A DNA stretch of 60,330 nucleotides, counting the filler, from Basidioascus undulatus (lineage: Eukaryota): the NCBI GenBank assembly GCA_000826855.1. It is 3 parts of 3 records of this genome, joined end to end, with 100 filler letters (N's around TTAATTAATTAA, not from the genome) between each part and the next. Parts side by side here need not be neighbours in the genome. Positions count along the whole stretch, not along the records: positions 1 to 20,112 come from JTLS01000382.1; positions 20,213 to 40,226 come from JTLS01000384.1; 1 more part is not named here. The stretch is one strand, 5' to 3'. Positions 10,263 through 22,658 of the stretch are shown here, in pieces. A program made the position numbers and the translations under genes. Every line of letters begins with the position of its first letter. Position 1 is the first letter of the stretch. The notes beneath the pieces are model-generated. The model saw only the letters and a list, made by a program, of their open reading frames with translations, did not search any database and was not told the DNA's origin.

Positions 10263-13047
10263 CTACTCGTCCTCCTTCTCTTTGAACGAGTCCATGTAGG
10301 TCAGATTTGGACTTTCAACAGTCGGCCTTTGACGCGACTGAGTCTCCCGGTGGTGAAGGTAGCCAATCAGCGCAAGGCGGAGAAGAAGGCTGCGAGCCCG
10401 AAGCCGGACGTGATGTCTACCATGGCGCATGGTGACCGCTGAATATGCAAGGGAGACGCTCCAAGCTCACAACTTCCAGTATTGACGTAGGGCTGCTTGT
10501 AGGTGGGGAACATGAAGATCGGCAGCCAGGCTTGGAAAATGGTGGAAATGGCGTTCATCTGCACCCAATTCCCACGCCGGTCAGACTTTGTGCATTAAAC
10601 AGCCGGTAAGGCAACCTACCATCGCGGTGACGTATGCCCGCTTCTCAGTGTCTCCCCTGTTTAACTCGTTAAGGTACTTCCAAGTGCACCTGTCGATCGA
10701 TGTGTAAATGCGTGAGTGCAAAGCTCGTACGAAGCGGAAGACACTGTCACTGACCCATAAGCGAGTCCTCCAAGCGGCACCAGGTCTGGGACAGGTTATC
10801 AGAAACAGAAAACAAGGATCCTCGAAGTATTTGAATAGACACTCACAGGAAAGTGCCCAACGCTGAGTGCACGGCTCTGGATAAACCGGGGTAGCGCCAA
10901 GAGCAAGCGACACAAAGCAAGGATAGGCCATCGACGGCCTTTCATAAATGTGATCCGTTGTTCTCACCTTAAGCATAAAATACGGTGTTGCTATAGCTTC
11001 GCAAGGCGTACGTTTCAGAGGTCCAGGCAGCGGCGAGGCTCATGAGGGCATGAATTGCATTGATCTGCCAGCATCAGAATGTCAGTAACCGCTGAAAATG
11101 TTAAGATAATGTTTTGCTTATACCAATCTGTATGACGTTGATTTCCTCGACGGAATATACTCGAGGCTGCCCTGGCTTGTTGAACGTGCACGAGAGCGGG
11201 GATGTGAGCGGAGTGAACTCTGTCGAGCTTGTATAGTAAGAAAGATTGAGAGAGTCGAACCCCTTCACCCAGAATATAATGCTATTTCCGGGCAAAGGAA
11301 GAATGCACAAGCAGGTGAAGCAGAAGGTGACTGGGCGTTGCGGGAAGGTCGATTACCCCTCGACACGAAGAAAGCAAGGACAGTTCCAGACTTACACGCA
11401 TAAAGATACAAGCTCTTGTGCCATCTGAGCACGTCCTTCATCTTGAACAGGCCAGTGTCTGGTTGTGTGCAAATTCAAGCTCATGCGCGGGCACGCGTCT
11501 CGACTACGAAACACCACGCACGCATTTTAACTTCGGAGGGCATGCGACGACACGCAATCTTCACATCGTCCGCCGTAAACAACCAGTTTGGCTTGAGTCG
11601 ACTGGGCAGATTGGGATGTCAAAGGCCGTCTGTTTGAAAGGGTGAGTCCCCAGTACGTAGAGTGTGCAGTCTCCTCTGCAAACGCACCCAAATTGACCCA
11701 GTAACAGCGACACATCCGCAAATGCTGCAGGGGCAGAAGTAAGTCTTGGAATTCATCTATAAGATTCCTTGGAGGCTTACAGGAACAGCCATCTGCATGT
11801 GATACAAGGCATCAGCGTTCCGCCGACGTCGTTACACTTTCCAACAAACATACCGTCATCCAGGCAGGCCTTGTTTACCGTCGAGACCGGGATATGCAGC
11901 AACCATGAGGAAATTGCTGCAAGTCAGAAATTACGAAGGCAGCAGAAGGTTGTTAGGCAGTTCAAGGTACTGACAGTAAACATGGGCCCAAGCGCGACCG
12001 AAATCTGGATAAGGTTCGACGGCCTAGCCAACTCGTTTGGTTTGTAGAAGCTTGCCTGTATATTCGGCACACATTGTTCATGTCAGTACCCGAGTTCGCT
12101 GCCGACACCGCGGAGTTCTTGTTACCGCGATGAACATCATTCCCGGGAAGTGCCCGGACTTGAACAGACCAATGTTGTAAAGGGTAATCTTAGGATCGGA
12201 AGAAGTAGTACACTCGCATTAACCCAAATGGGCTGCCTGGACGTACAAGAAGCGAAGTGCGTAGAGCTGCGAAGCGTTCGTAACGGCAGCGGTGCCGAAT
12301 GTGAACGCTGTCCAAGAGATCTCCAGGAAGGCGATTCACAGTGGGGCCTTCACTCGGGTCAAAGTGAGATTGGAAGGTACCTGGCCGACTATAAAAGAGG
12401 GGTGAAAGGGGTGAAGACGGTGCGTTCAATGGTGCGTTCCCGACAAGATGTTGGAGTTGCCTCGCCGACGTTTCCGGCACTCCAAAACGCACTGTTGTTG
12501 ATGTCGATGAGCTCCCTCAGTATTGGCTTAACAGGGACCAGTTCACTTCGCATATTTGAAGTTCAAGATCTTCCTTCATGCCAGAGTCTGCACCGCAAAG
12601 CAAGTCCGGTCAGACGACGACCTGAGACCATGGGCAAGGAGGAAAGCTTACTGAAAGCGTTCGTGAGGTTGACCCCTGCATAGCTTGAATCACTTTATGG
12701 CCCGAAGACAGATGATTATCTTGTTGAATCCACGCACTGGTCCCAAGTAGCGAATGAGAACGCCCAGGGCAGCGCCGGAAATCAACGTCGCATCGAGCTT
12801 CGCCAGGAAATTCTACTCGTCCTTCGGAAGGTCCCACGATTAACAACCTCATGTAAGACCAGAAGACCCTTGTACATAAGCGCGTCTGGAAGGTCTTACA
12901 CGACCAGATGTAGTTCCGCCAGGTGAGCTTAGGGGAGGGGGAGTAACATCGACATGCTGCTGATCCGCCGCATGCTTGATGTCCTTCTCACATATGGTCG
13001 ACATGGCTGAAGGGGGGGGGGAATATGTTTTTTAGGTAAGAAGCCAT
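10263..13047 (-). pseudogene. MFS anion:cation symporter (Liz1/Fen2 pantothenate-transporter-like) pseudogene
   Basis: Ordered exon remnants: FLAKLDATL, NLTNAF/SGMKEDL, VGQVPSNL, SQLYALRFL, YKPNELAR, GLDGKQGLPG*R, EKRAYVTAM/MNAISTIFQAWLP. Nonsense codons at 12813-12815 and 11856-11858, plus frameshifts. Confidence 0.82.
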
Positions 13048-14751
13048 TCGCAGGTAGAAGGAGCCTAGGAGCCTACAAAGAGAAAAATAAGGAAGAAGGA
13101 TGAACGCGAGCGGCTGGCAGGTCGACTTTCGTGTGCCTGTTCTCTTATCTCGCGCTTCAGGCAACAGCGATGGTCTCACAGTGAAATTGGTGAGACTGGG
13201 CTGGCCATCAATGTAAGTAAGTAAGGTGTGGCGTGACGGTGCTTGGCCAATGCGGACAGTTGCGGACAGCCAATCTAAGACGATGCATCAACGTTTCCGC
13301 CTCCTCCGCGAGCCCTATACTATACTACAAGAGATAATACTCTAGGCTTGTGTCGAAGACACTTCGTCGAGAGAATCTTCGCGCACGTCGCTTGCAAACT
13401 ACGCGATGTTTGCCTATGTTTGGCCCTACCTCGCCTTTATGTCCCAATGCAAGGGCAACACACATCAGCCTAATTCCACCATTGTACACTCGTGCTCCCC
13501 ACCAAAAAATGTACTGATCCTTAGCGACTGCCCAGCGGGTGCTGCAATGCCGCATGTTACTGCGTCAACTCGCAGTAGTCCCTCGGCCAGTGGTGGGCGA
13601 TGATGCCTGAACAAAAGAACTGAAGACCACCGAGACAGTGAGACGGCTTCGAAGGTCGACATCTCGTATCAACGGGAGCCCGGCCTTCCCCAACTCGTAT
13701 ATGAGGAAAGGACTGCAGAGCATGTTGATTACTCGACCATGCATGGGATCACAGTGGAGGTAACAGGTGAACCTTTTCTGAATGTAGGTGGTGTATATCA
13801 GCCGTTCTCAAAGAAAAACGTCAATGAGCAGGCCTGCAATCTGACCGCTCCGGTCACTCATCAAACCCTTTCGCTAAGCACGCATTACAATACAAAGCCA
13901 AACAAGGCACACTGTGATACCCAAATTAGGTGTATGTTAAAGTCGAAGCATCCGGCGGGACAGCGCAGTGGCCCGTACGCAACGTGACGGACGGCTTGCG
14001 GATTGGTCAGTTGCGATTCTGACTGCGAGGCTGCCGTGTCCTTCGGATCCTGGGTTCTGAGACTAAACCAGTGTCGATGGCTGACTATAGGGTAATCAAG
14101 GGTAATGCAAATGAAAGAAGAATTGGGTGTCTCTGCATGCGAGGTGAAGCCTGTGACCAAACGCATACGGCTAGCTTGAGAGAGGACCCGGGAGGAAGGA
14201 GAGCTCTGACAGGCTCGAGCGGGCCGGTGGCTCTTTTGTCTTCTCCTCCTTCATCCTCCTTCCCCGTCCAATTCCCCGCGCGGAAGCTGCCGGTTTGAAC
14301 CTTGGGCGTGGGTCTTATCACTTTCACCGCGTGCCCGCATCGCCCATCTTCACCACATCCGCTCGCGGCTGGACGGGCCGGAACACGTTTTCTCGATATG
14401 CCCAAAGCTTTTTTCGAGCCTCGACCGCCGCGGGACGTTCGTGATGTTCGCTGTCCACCTTCCGAGTTATCAGCTCATCGTGCCATCGTTCGCAGCTTCG
14501 CATCTCTTCTCAATACGTTAGCCAGCTTGCTGCGCATCCGCGCCGTCACAACTACTTCAATCCTCGTTCTCATCCTCATCGTCCACTCCGCTTCGCCGGG
14601 CTCAGCAGTACACTGACCAAGCCCGAGCCATTCCAGAGGAAGCGCCCGCTCACGCCCGAGCTGATCCCGTCTCAAAAGCTAGCCCATTCACCCGAGCACG
14701 CCAACTCGTCCTCCCTTCTCACAATCCTCACCCCTGGAGCAAGACCCCAAC

Positions 14752-15930
14752 ATGTGTCTTTCCCGCCCGCCGCTCCTGCAACAGGTTGCGTTCGAGCGTC
14801 CTCTGCTCCCCTACCCGTCCCCCCTGCCGCGCTTTCGACCTCGTCCCCGCACAACAGCACCACCGCTGCCTCCGACGTTCTACCCTCCTCCCCCTTCCCC
14901 GCGTCAGCTTCGTCGGATGGCGTCCTTCTCGTTCTCTCCCCTCCCGCTGCCATCTCCCCGCGGTCCCCCTCTCGCGCCGATGAACGTGCGCCGTGCACGC
15001 TCGCCTTCCCCTCTGCGTCGGCCTGCCATCCCCGAAGCATTCTACCTCACGCCGCCTCCTCTCCTGGTCGGAAGCCTCCCGCCGCCGATGCGTCCTCGGC
15101 CCCTGTCTCGCCCTCCTCACGAGTACGCGCCCGCGTACACCCGAGGCTCACACGAATCACCGTACCCCGAGTTCGAGCACCGGCCTCGCTCCCCGGGGCC
15201 GACAGGCAACTTTGTACGCCGTTCATCCCTCTTTACCTGCTTCTTTTTCTGCCTTACTAACGACCCATATCCCTTTCAACAGCCCCACCGCCCCGCTCCA
15301 TGGTCGCACCTACCCTACCCCTCCCCTCCCCCATCGCCTACCCCCGCACACGGGCCCGTCCTCCTCTCCCCGCCGCACACGCGCCGGTGGCCACCGCCGT
15401 TGTCTGAAATTGATTCTGTGCGTCCGTTGCAGCCGCATTCCCCAGATTGCGCAAGCTGACGAGACGACACGAAAGTATAGAGGGCGCACGACTTCCCGCC
15501 AGGTCCTCTGAGCAACTCGGATTCTGACGCGTACGACGTCGCCATGGAACTCGAGGCGCATGACGCGGTGGCAGAGCGCCGCCGGCAAGACCGTCGCTCA
15601 TCGTCTCGCCCTCCGCGCACGGCCAGCCCTCCCCCACCGCTGCGACAGCGCTCGTCCTCATTTCCTGCGAATCGCCAGTATAGGCCCGATCTTTCCCGCA
15701 CGCCGTCCGGCACGCCGCCCCAGAGCGGTCGTTACGTAGACGACTACCGAGATCATCTCTACCACTATCCCTCCCCGCCGCCCTCGCGGTCGTCGCCGTA
15801 TCAGTACCCACACGCAAGAGCGGAGCCACGGGCGCGGCCCCCGTTGCGGTCGCGACGCGAAAGCGGGATGGAGATGAGACTGGCGACGGCGGACTGGGAG
15901 TGGAGCAGGTACGACCATCCCGGGTGGTGA
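14752..15930 (+). CDS. Proline/arginine-rich hypothetical protein; start uncertain
   Basis: Three exons join in frame through GT-AG introns (~15214-15281, ~15418-15480) and end ...WEWSRYDHPGW*. No recognisable domain. Confidence 0.55.
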
Positions 15931-16312
15931 TGGCGTGGGTGTTGCCTGGCCGGGGTGACGGTGTTGTCGCTGTTTTCTCCTTGTTTTGGGTGCTTCTAGT
16001 TTTCATCTACACTTTTGTCTTGCTTGCCCCTGTTGTCACATTTGTATCTGCTTGTTGCGTTCTTAACCTAGATGCTGCCAGCTATGCAATGTACCTTTCG
16101 CTGCACACCTTGAGCATCAATGCGTGTTTTGCATATGGTTCTGGCGCGTGGGCGCACAGCGCCTGTGCAATCCAATGGCGAGACGGCGCAAGCAAAGAGG
16201 CACGCAAAGAATGATAAGCTCAATAGCAAATCATGATAGGAGTCCGTGTCGCATCCAATTCTGCAGCCAGAAAGCCAGCCAAAGCAAAGCGCGCAAGCTC
16301 CACAAGTCCACC

Positions 16313-19300
16313 TCAAACGACACTGTACCGCCCCACGACGCCGCCAGGTTGGCGGGCCTCGGCCTGCAGAGAAACACCGCGAGCGGGCGAGTCAGCCACC
16401 ATGAAAAAACGCGGCGGAAGGATCGAAGAAAGTAGACCAGAACGCACCTCCATGGCCGCCGTCGACGCCTCGATGAGGAGCTGCTTGATCTCGCGTACAG
16501 CGTGCTCGACCTGCAATACCACCAAACGCACCAGATTTTAGTCAGTCATGTCTCGGAGAACACGGCGAGGAGGACAGGATTAGACGGCGACGCACCCTGA
16601 ACTCGTCGTTGGACTCGATGAGGAGGTGCAGCTTCGGCTGGTCGCCGGGACCGGGGTTCTTGCCCGCCTCGTAGAACACGCCCTTGTTGGTGATGGACGC
16701 GCCAGTGTTCTCGATGAGCTGCGGGCATAGCAATATCATGTCACCACCTCTGCTGCAGAGACGGCGAGAGACGAGAGGCCACACGCACCTGAACCATCGT
16801 CTCCTTGTTCGTGACGCGCCAACGCGCCTTTTGGTGGTAGTCGTTGATCGGAATGATGGCGTGGAAGTCCGTCGCGTCGGGATCCTTGGGCTTGCGGCTC
16901 GCGTTGCTGGGCCCGCTCGGAACGTTGTCGAACGAGGCACGCTGCGCAGTGAACTTCGCGGCGATTGCGGCGGCCTTCTCGATGGCCTTCTCCACGGCCG
17001 ACATGGCGCGCGGGCCCGTTGGCGGACCGCCGGGGGACCCTGCCCCCGGCTGGGGCGCGGGCGAACCTGACGTTGGACGCGCGGGGGCAGGGGCGGAAGC
17101 GGCGCTGCGAGAAGTGTCGGGCGCAGGACCGCGGTGAATCGTGATCTCGCCGACGATGTCTGGGTTGGCAGGCGCCGGTCCCTTCTGCACCGCACCAGTC
17201 GCGGTGTCCGTCGTGCTCTCCGCGGCGACCTTGGGCTGAGCAGACTCTCCGTACGCCGAGCGCTGGGCGCGCTCCTTGTCCTCGCGCTCCTTCTCGAGCC
17301 GGTCCAGACCCTTGCCGCCGAAACCCGACCCGGCGACGGACGCCTTGCCCTCGCGGACCTTTTGGAGGAAGGCTGCAACCGGCGCACGTCAGTAATGCGT
17401 ATGAAGGAACACGGGAAGGGGGAGTAATGGTAATGCACGCACAATCAGACATCTCCTTCAGCTCTGGCGGGACGCGCGCGCCCGACGCAGTAAGCGCCTT
17501 CTCGAGGTCGACCGAGTAGCGCTCCTGGTCGCGGGTGATGAACGTGATGCAGGTGCCCTTGTTGCCGGCGCGACCCGTCCGACCCGCGCGGTGCACGTAG
17601 TCTTCCATATGGTTCGGCGCATCCTGCAAACGAAACGGATCAGCCGCTATGTACAAGTAGACGAGCGGCGAAACAAGGGCAGGACTCACGTAGTTGATGA
17701 CGAGCTTGAGAAGCTTGACGTCGAGACCGCGGGCGGCGACCGAGGTCGCGATGACGATGGGGATCACTCCGGCCTTGAAGTCGGCGATCGTCTGATCTCG
17801 GTCGACCTGCTCCTTGCCGCCGTGCAAGCTCATGCAGACGTAGCCCTTCTTGCGGAGCTCGAAGAGCAGGTTGTCGGCGCCCTCCTGGCGGTCGACGAAG
17901 ATGAGCGTGCGTGCGTCCTGGTCCTCGTTGTACGTCTGGCCGAGGATCTCGAGCAGGCGGTTGAACTTGGAGTCCTCGGGCCGGATCTCGACGATCTGGT
18001 CAATCTCGGGCGCGACGACCGAGCGGCCGCCGACGGTGATCTCGAGCGGCTTCTTGAGCACCTTGCGGGCGAGCGACTCCATCTGCTTCGGGAACGTCGC
18101 GGAGAATAGGACCGTCTGCCGGTCGGGCCGAACGTTGTTGATGATCTTCATGACCTGTGTGCGATGGGATGGGTCAGAGACGTCACCTTTCAACATTCGA
18201 GCGATGAAAACACGCACCTGGGGCTCGAAACCCATGTCGAACATACGGTCCGCTTCGTCGAGGACGAGGTAGGTCGTGCGGCGGAGGTTGGTCACGCGGC
18301 CAGAGTTGGCGGTGAGCAAGTCGATCATGCGGCCAGGCGTGCAGACGACGATCTCCGCGCCCTTCTTCATCTCGGCGATCTGCTCGCTAATCGGTTGACC
18401 GCCGTATGCAGCGACAGCCTGTGAATGCGAATCCCCCTCGTCAGCTTATTCTAACAGACCATACGATCTTCGAGGCAGACTAAGAACGCACCCGAAGATT
18501 GAGCGCGCGCAAGAACGGCTTGCACTCGCGGTGGATCTGGGTCGCGAGCTCGCGCGTGGGCGTGAGGATAACGGCTATCGGGCCCTCGAGGGTCTCGAGT
18601 GGGCGCTGGTCCTTGATGTGCCGGAACATCGGAAGCAGGAACGCGACCGTCTTGCCCGAGCCCGTTTTGGCGACACCGATCGCATCACGGCCGGACATGA
18701 TCGCGGGAATGGCCTGCGACTGGATGGGCGTCGGCGCCGAGTACTTCAGGTGTTTGATGACCTCGAGACTGTGCCGATGAGGCAAACGTCAGCTTTCACT
18801 GCCATACGCGCGAGTGAAAAGAACCGGGGCGCACCAGCTCGCCGGAAGACCGCAAGACGACCACTTGGTGACGGGCTTGGGGCAGTCGACGCCGCGAATC
18901 TTGATGCCGTCGAGGAGCAGACGCAGGTTCTCGGCGTCCTCGTCCGTCATGTTCTGGATGTCGGGCGGCGGGTGGTAGAATGCCTTACGGAACGGCTCGT
19001 ACTGGACCTTGCTGTGGTCCGTCGCCGCGAGCTCCTTCCTCTTGACCTTCTTGGCCGCGAGCCTGGCAAGGTAATCTACGTCAGCATGAGAAACGCAAAC
19101 TTTAGATCAGGAGCGCGAAAAGACGCACGCAAGAATCTCCTCGGCCGTGAGGTTCGAGACGTCCTCGTTCGGGTTGGCCGGCTCGCCGTCCGAGCCCTCC
19201 TCGACGTCATCACGCCCGAGGCGTGTCTGGCTCCTGCCCGGGGCAGGGCCCATGCGCTTCAAGTCCTCCTGATTGACCTTCTTCACCTCGGCGGCGACGC

Positions 19301-20112
19301 CCGTCATGAACGCGTCGAGCGGGTCGACCTCGTCGTCGTCGACGTCCATCTCGGCCGTGCCGTTTTCCGGCGCCTCCTCCTCCTCGTCTGCAGCCTCGAG
19401 GTCCTCGCCGACCTTCTCCGCGACTTTCGCGCCGGGACCCACAAGCGGGTCGACGGGCGGGAGAGAGAGCTTGGTGATCTTGGTTGGCTCGACGTAGTCG
19501 TCCATGCCCGCGGCAGCGGAGGTCTTGGACTTGGCCTTGCCGGTAATGTCGGAGCGGATGGGGAGGCCCTTGAGGCCGAGCGTGGCAAGGGTGGAGCGGT
19601 TGAGGAGGTTCGAGGGGGCGCTGGTCGTGGCGGAAGCTGTGGAGAGAAACCTCCGTTCAAACCTTCTGCCAAAACATCGAGTTGACACGAGAGAAACGCA
19701 CTGGCTTTCGCAGACACGGCCTGCGCCTTGGCCTTGGCCTCCTCCAGCGCCTTCTTCGCTTCGCGATCCCTCTTCCACGCCTCGAGCCGCTCGCGCTTGA
19801 TGCGCTCCTTCTTCTGCTCCTCCGTCTCGCTCGGGGGTCCTGCGCTAGGCGTGCCCGGCGCAGAGACCACTGGGCTCTGCGGCGACGCGCCGTTGGTCGC
19901 GACAGCCGCGACAGGCTTGGCTGGGAGGCTTGGGGGAGGCGGTGGGAGAGACGAAGCGGAGCTGGCGGGCGGTTTGGCAGAGACGGGAAAGGCAGGAGCG
20001 GCCGGGGCAGGAGGGGCTATGGGTGTGGGAGAGGGTCGGGAGGCGGATTTGAGGGCCTGGAACGCAGTTCGGGCTAGGGTGTCGAAGGAGAAGATGGCGC
20101 CCTTTTTGAGGA
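16313..20112 (-). CDS. PRP5: Pre-mRNA splicing DEAD-box helicase Prp5/DDX46; 5' end lost in the gap
   Basis: [49 protein letters not shown]-terminal [16 protein letters not shown] and ...GRYSVV*. Confidence 0.95.
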
Positions 20113-20212
20113 NNNNNNNNNNNNNNNNNNNNNNNNNNNNNNNNNNNNNNNNNNNNTTAATTAATTAANNNNNNNNNNNNNNNNNNNNNNNNNNNNNNNN
20201 NNNNNNNNNNNN
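20113..20212. other. Artificial scaffold spacer (44 N + TTAATTAATTAA + 44 N)
   Basis: Six-frame-stop linker inside Ns. Genes on both sides are truncated. Confidence 0.97.
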
Positions 20213-22658
20213 GAGGTGGTTGGACTTAGGAGGCCTGCGCGATGGAGGGGAACAAGGAGATGCGCCTCCATGCTGTGATATAGGGAGCAGCTCACCTCGT
20301 CCGCCGCCATCCGATTCTGGATGAGAAGCGCTATCCTGCTATCCAAGTAGCGGACGTCGCGCTCGAGGACAAAGTTCTTCTTGCTCTGCGCCGAGATCCG
20401 GCTCTTGAGGTCTCGCAGTCGTTTCTGGGCTGTTTACACCATTCCAAATCCGCATTCCAACCTCATATCAGCTCGCATGGGGGAGGAGGAAGGCGACAGG
20501 GCAAGGGACGGACCCCGGGCGAGCTCGTCGTCCGCGTCGACGAGGGGGAGTGGCGCGTACCCGGTTCCGGCGGCGTAGGAGGTCGAGGGCCCGCCGTAGT
20601 AGTCCGCGGAGGAGGACGTGGATGCGTTGTGGCTATGCGAGGGCGCGGTGGGCGTGCGCGGGAGAAGGCCGCCGCGCGTGTCTTGCTCGGGCGAGGCGAA
20701 GAAGTCGGACATCCTACAAGGAGAAGGAGAACGTGATAGTGAGCTGACTGGGTGGGAAGCGGACGGGAAGGAGGGATGTGGGAAAGTACGGCTTGATCGG
20801 CTCCCCAGAGAGGGTATGCGAGTGTCGTGTTCCAGCAGACGCGTCCCCGCTCGACAACGGGCGATTCGCGATCCGTCCATACTGTGCCCGCGGCCCCTCC
20901 CCAAATTAGCCCTCCCTCCTTCTCACTGTCACTCTTCTCCACTGACCTCATACGGCCTTTCCCCCGACCCCGCGTCCTCCCCCTCAAACTCCTCCGCAAG
21001 GTCGACGCGCTTCTCGCGGCGCACCGCAGCGTCCTCGAGGCGCATCATGCGCCTGCGCCTGTTCATCCGGCGCCAGCAGAGCCCCGCGAGGGCGAGGAAC
21101 GCAAGGACCGCGACGCCCCCGACTATGCCGCCTGCGATCGGGCCTGCGTTCGCGGACGCTCCGCCTGACCCGCCGCCGGCGCCGTTTTGGAGAATCTGGT
21201 GGGGGGGAACAGCTGACTTAGTGGTAAATCCGCGGGGAGGAGGAAGAGAAGGGGAAGAAGAGGAGAACGCACCCGCGACGCCGAAACAAAGTGCGTAGTG
21301 ATAATAGTATCGATGCCACTCGTCTGTCCGTCCGGCAGCGTAGTAGGCACCTGCGTCTCGTACGTCGTCGGAATAGTGAGCGTCGTCGTCTCGTAGTGCG
21401 TCGTGTCTATCGTAACCGTGACGGGCGCGCGCGAGAGGTGCGTCGTAAGCGTCGTGAAGAGCGTCGTGGGCGTGCCGGACGACGCGGAGGGCGTGATGAC
21501 GATGGTGGAGATGAATGTCGAGGGGGTGGGGGAGAAGGTGGAGGTCGTTAGGGAGACGGAGGAGGAGGATTCGGATGGCGATGTGAACGAGGACGTGGGC
21601 GAGGCGGACGATGAGGATGTTGGAGAGGTCGAGGATGTTGGTGTTGCGGATGAGGAGGACGAGGACGAGGAGGATGAAGAGGAAATAGCTGGATCAGAAA
21701 AGGGAACGGAAAAAACGGCCCGGAAGCGCAAACTCTCAACCTCCCAAACCCGAAAACGGGACAAGGGTTCCGAAATGGAAAATGAAAGGAAGAGGATGCG
21801 GACGTACCCGAAGATTCGGAGGTGCTTGAAGAGGACGAAGACGAGGATGAGGAAGTTCGGGAGGAGGAGGAAGAGAAGGAGGAGGAAGAGGTTGGAGAAG
21901 TGGAGGAGGTGGAGAAGGAGGAAGACTCGGAGGAGGAGCTGCTGCTGCTGCTGCTGCTGCTGGTAGGCGTCGGACTGGAAGAGGTGCTAGTCGGGCTGGC
22001 GCTGCTCGTTGGAGTCTGAGATGAGCTCGGCGGGCTGAAGGTGGGACTCTGGGGGACATGCTCAAGATCAGCCTTTCTGTGTATGCGCCTCGCAGCCTGC
22101 GTGAAACGAGACGCACAGCGCTGGATGTCGGACTCGCGCTCGAGCTCCCCGTCGGACTCACGCTGGCTGACGAGCTACCAGTCTCCGAAGCGGAGCCGGA
22201 CGACGTCGGTTCTGCCGAGGAAGAGTTGGACCCGGACGAGGTAGGTTCGGCCGAGGCGGACGACGACGTGTCGGTAGCGGAGGTGGATTCGGAAGCGGAT
22301 TGGGAAGCGGTTGCGGTTGCGGTTGCAGAAGCCGACGCAGAGGCGGATGAGGAGGTAGCGGACGGTTCCTCTGATCAGGATCGAAGAGAGGGTGGGGGGA
22401 GAAGGGGACATGCGAGAAGAACGGAAAGCGGTCAGGGTGCCATGTCACCCCTTGCCGACCGGGCCCTCGCTCGGGTGGGCAGAGGGCATCACAGACGCGG
22501 TATAGTGCGGAGGACGGAGGGAGTGGACGAGGAATATGGGGAGGGTGCTTACCAGGCGCGTCGGAATCTTGACGGGGGAAGAAGATCTTGCGCCCGCCTC
22601 GTCCGCGCAGGCCGCTCACTGCGCTGGGGACGAGGGAAGGGTAGTTGTAGGGCGACAT
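20213..22658 (-). CDS. Ser/Thr-rich single-pass membrane protein spliced in frame to the N-terminus of a Gap1/Sar1-type Ras GTPase-activating protein; 3' end lost in the gap
   Basis: ATG at 22658, then four exons (three Ser/Thr-rich) and a TM helix [30 protein letters not shown] (~21073-21138). Exons 20790-20881, 20514-20713 and 20296-20429 follow and give [48 protein letters not shown], the fungal RasGAP coiled coil. Confidence 0.75.

Noticed and set aside
18531..19685. Long + strand ORFs opposite PRP5 (similarly 51951-53072 opposite the PFK-2-like gene and 35381-36360 opposite the J protein)
   Set aside because: Antisense shadows of GC-rich coding sequence, with no independent motifs.
20113..20212. 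TTAATTAATTAA motif within Ns (also 40227-40326) as a biological repeat, and Prp5-RasGAP adjacency
   Set aside because: It is an artificial linker, so gene neighbourhood across it cannot be trusted.
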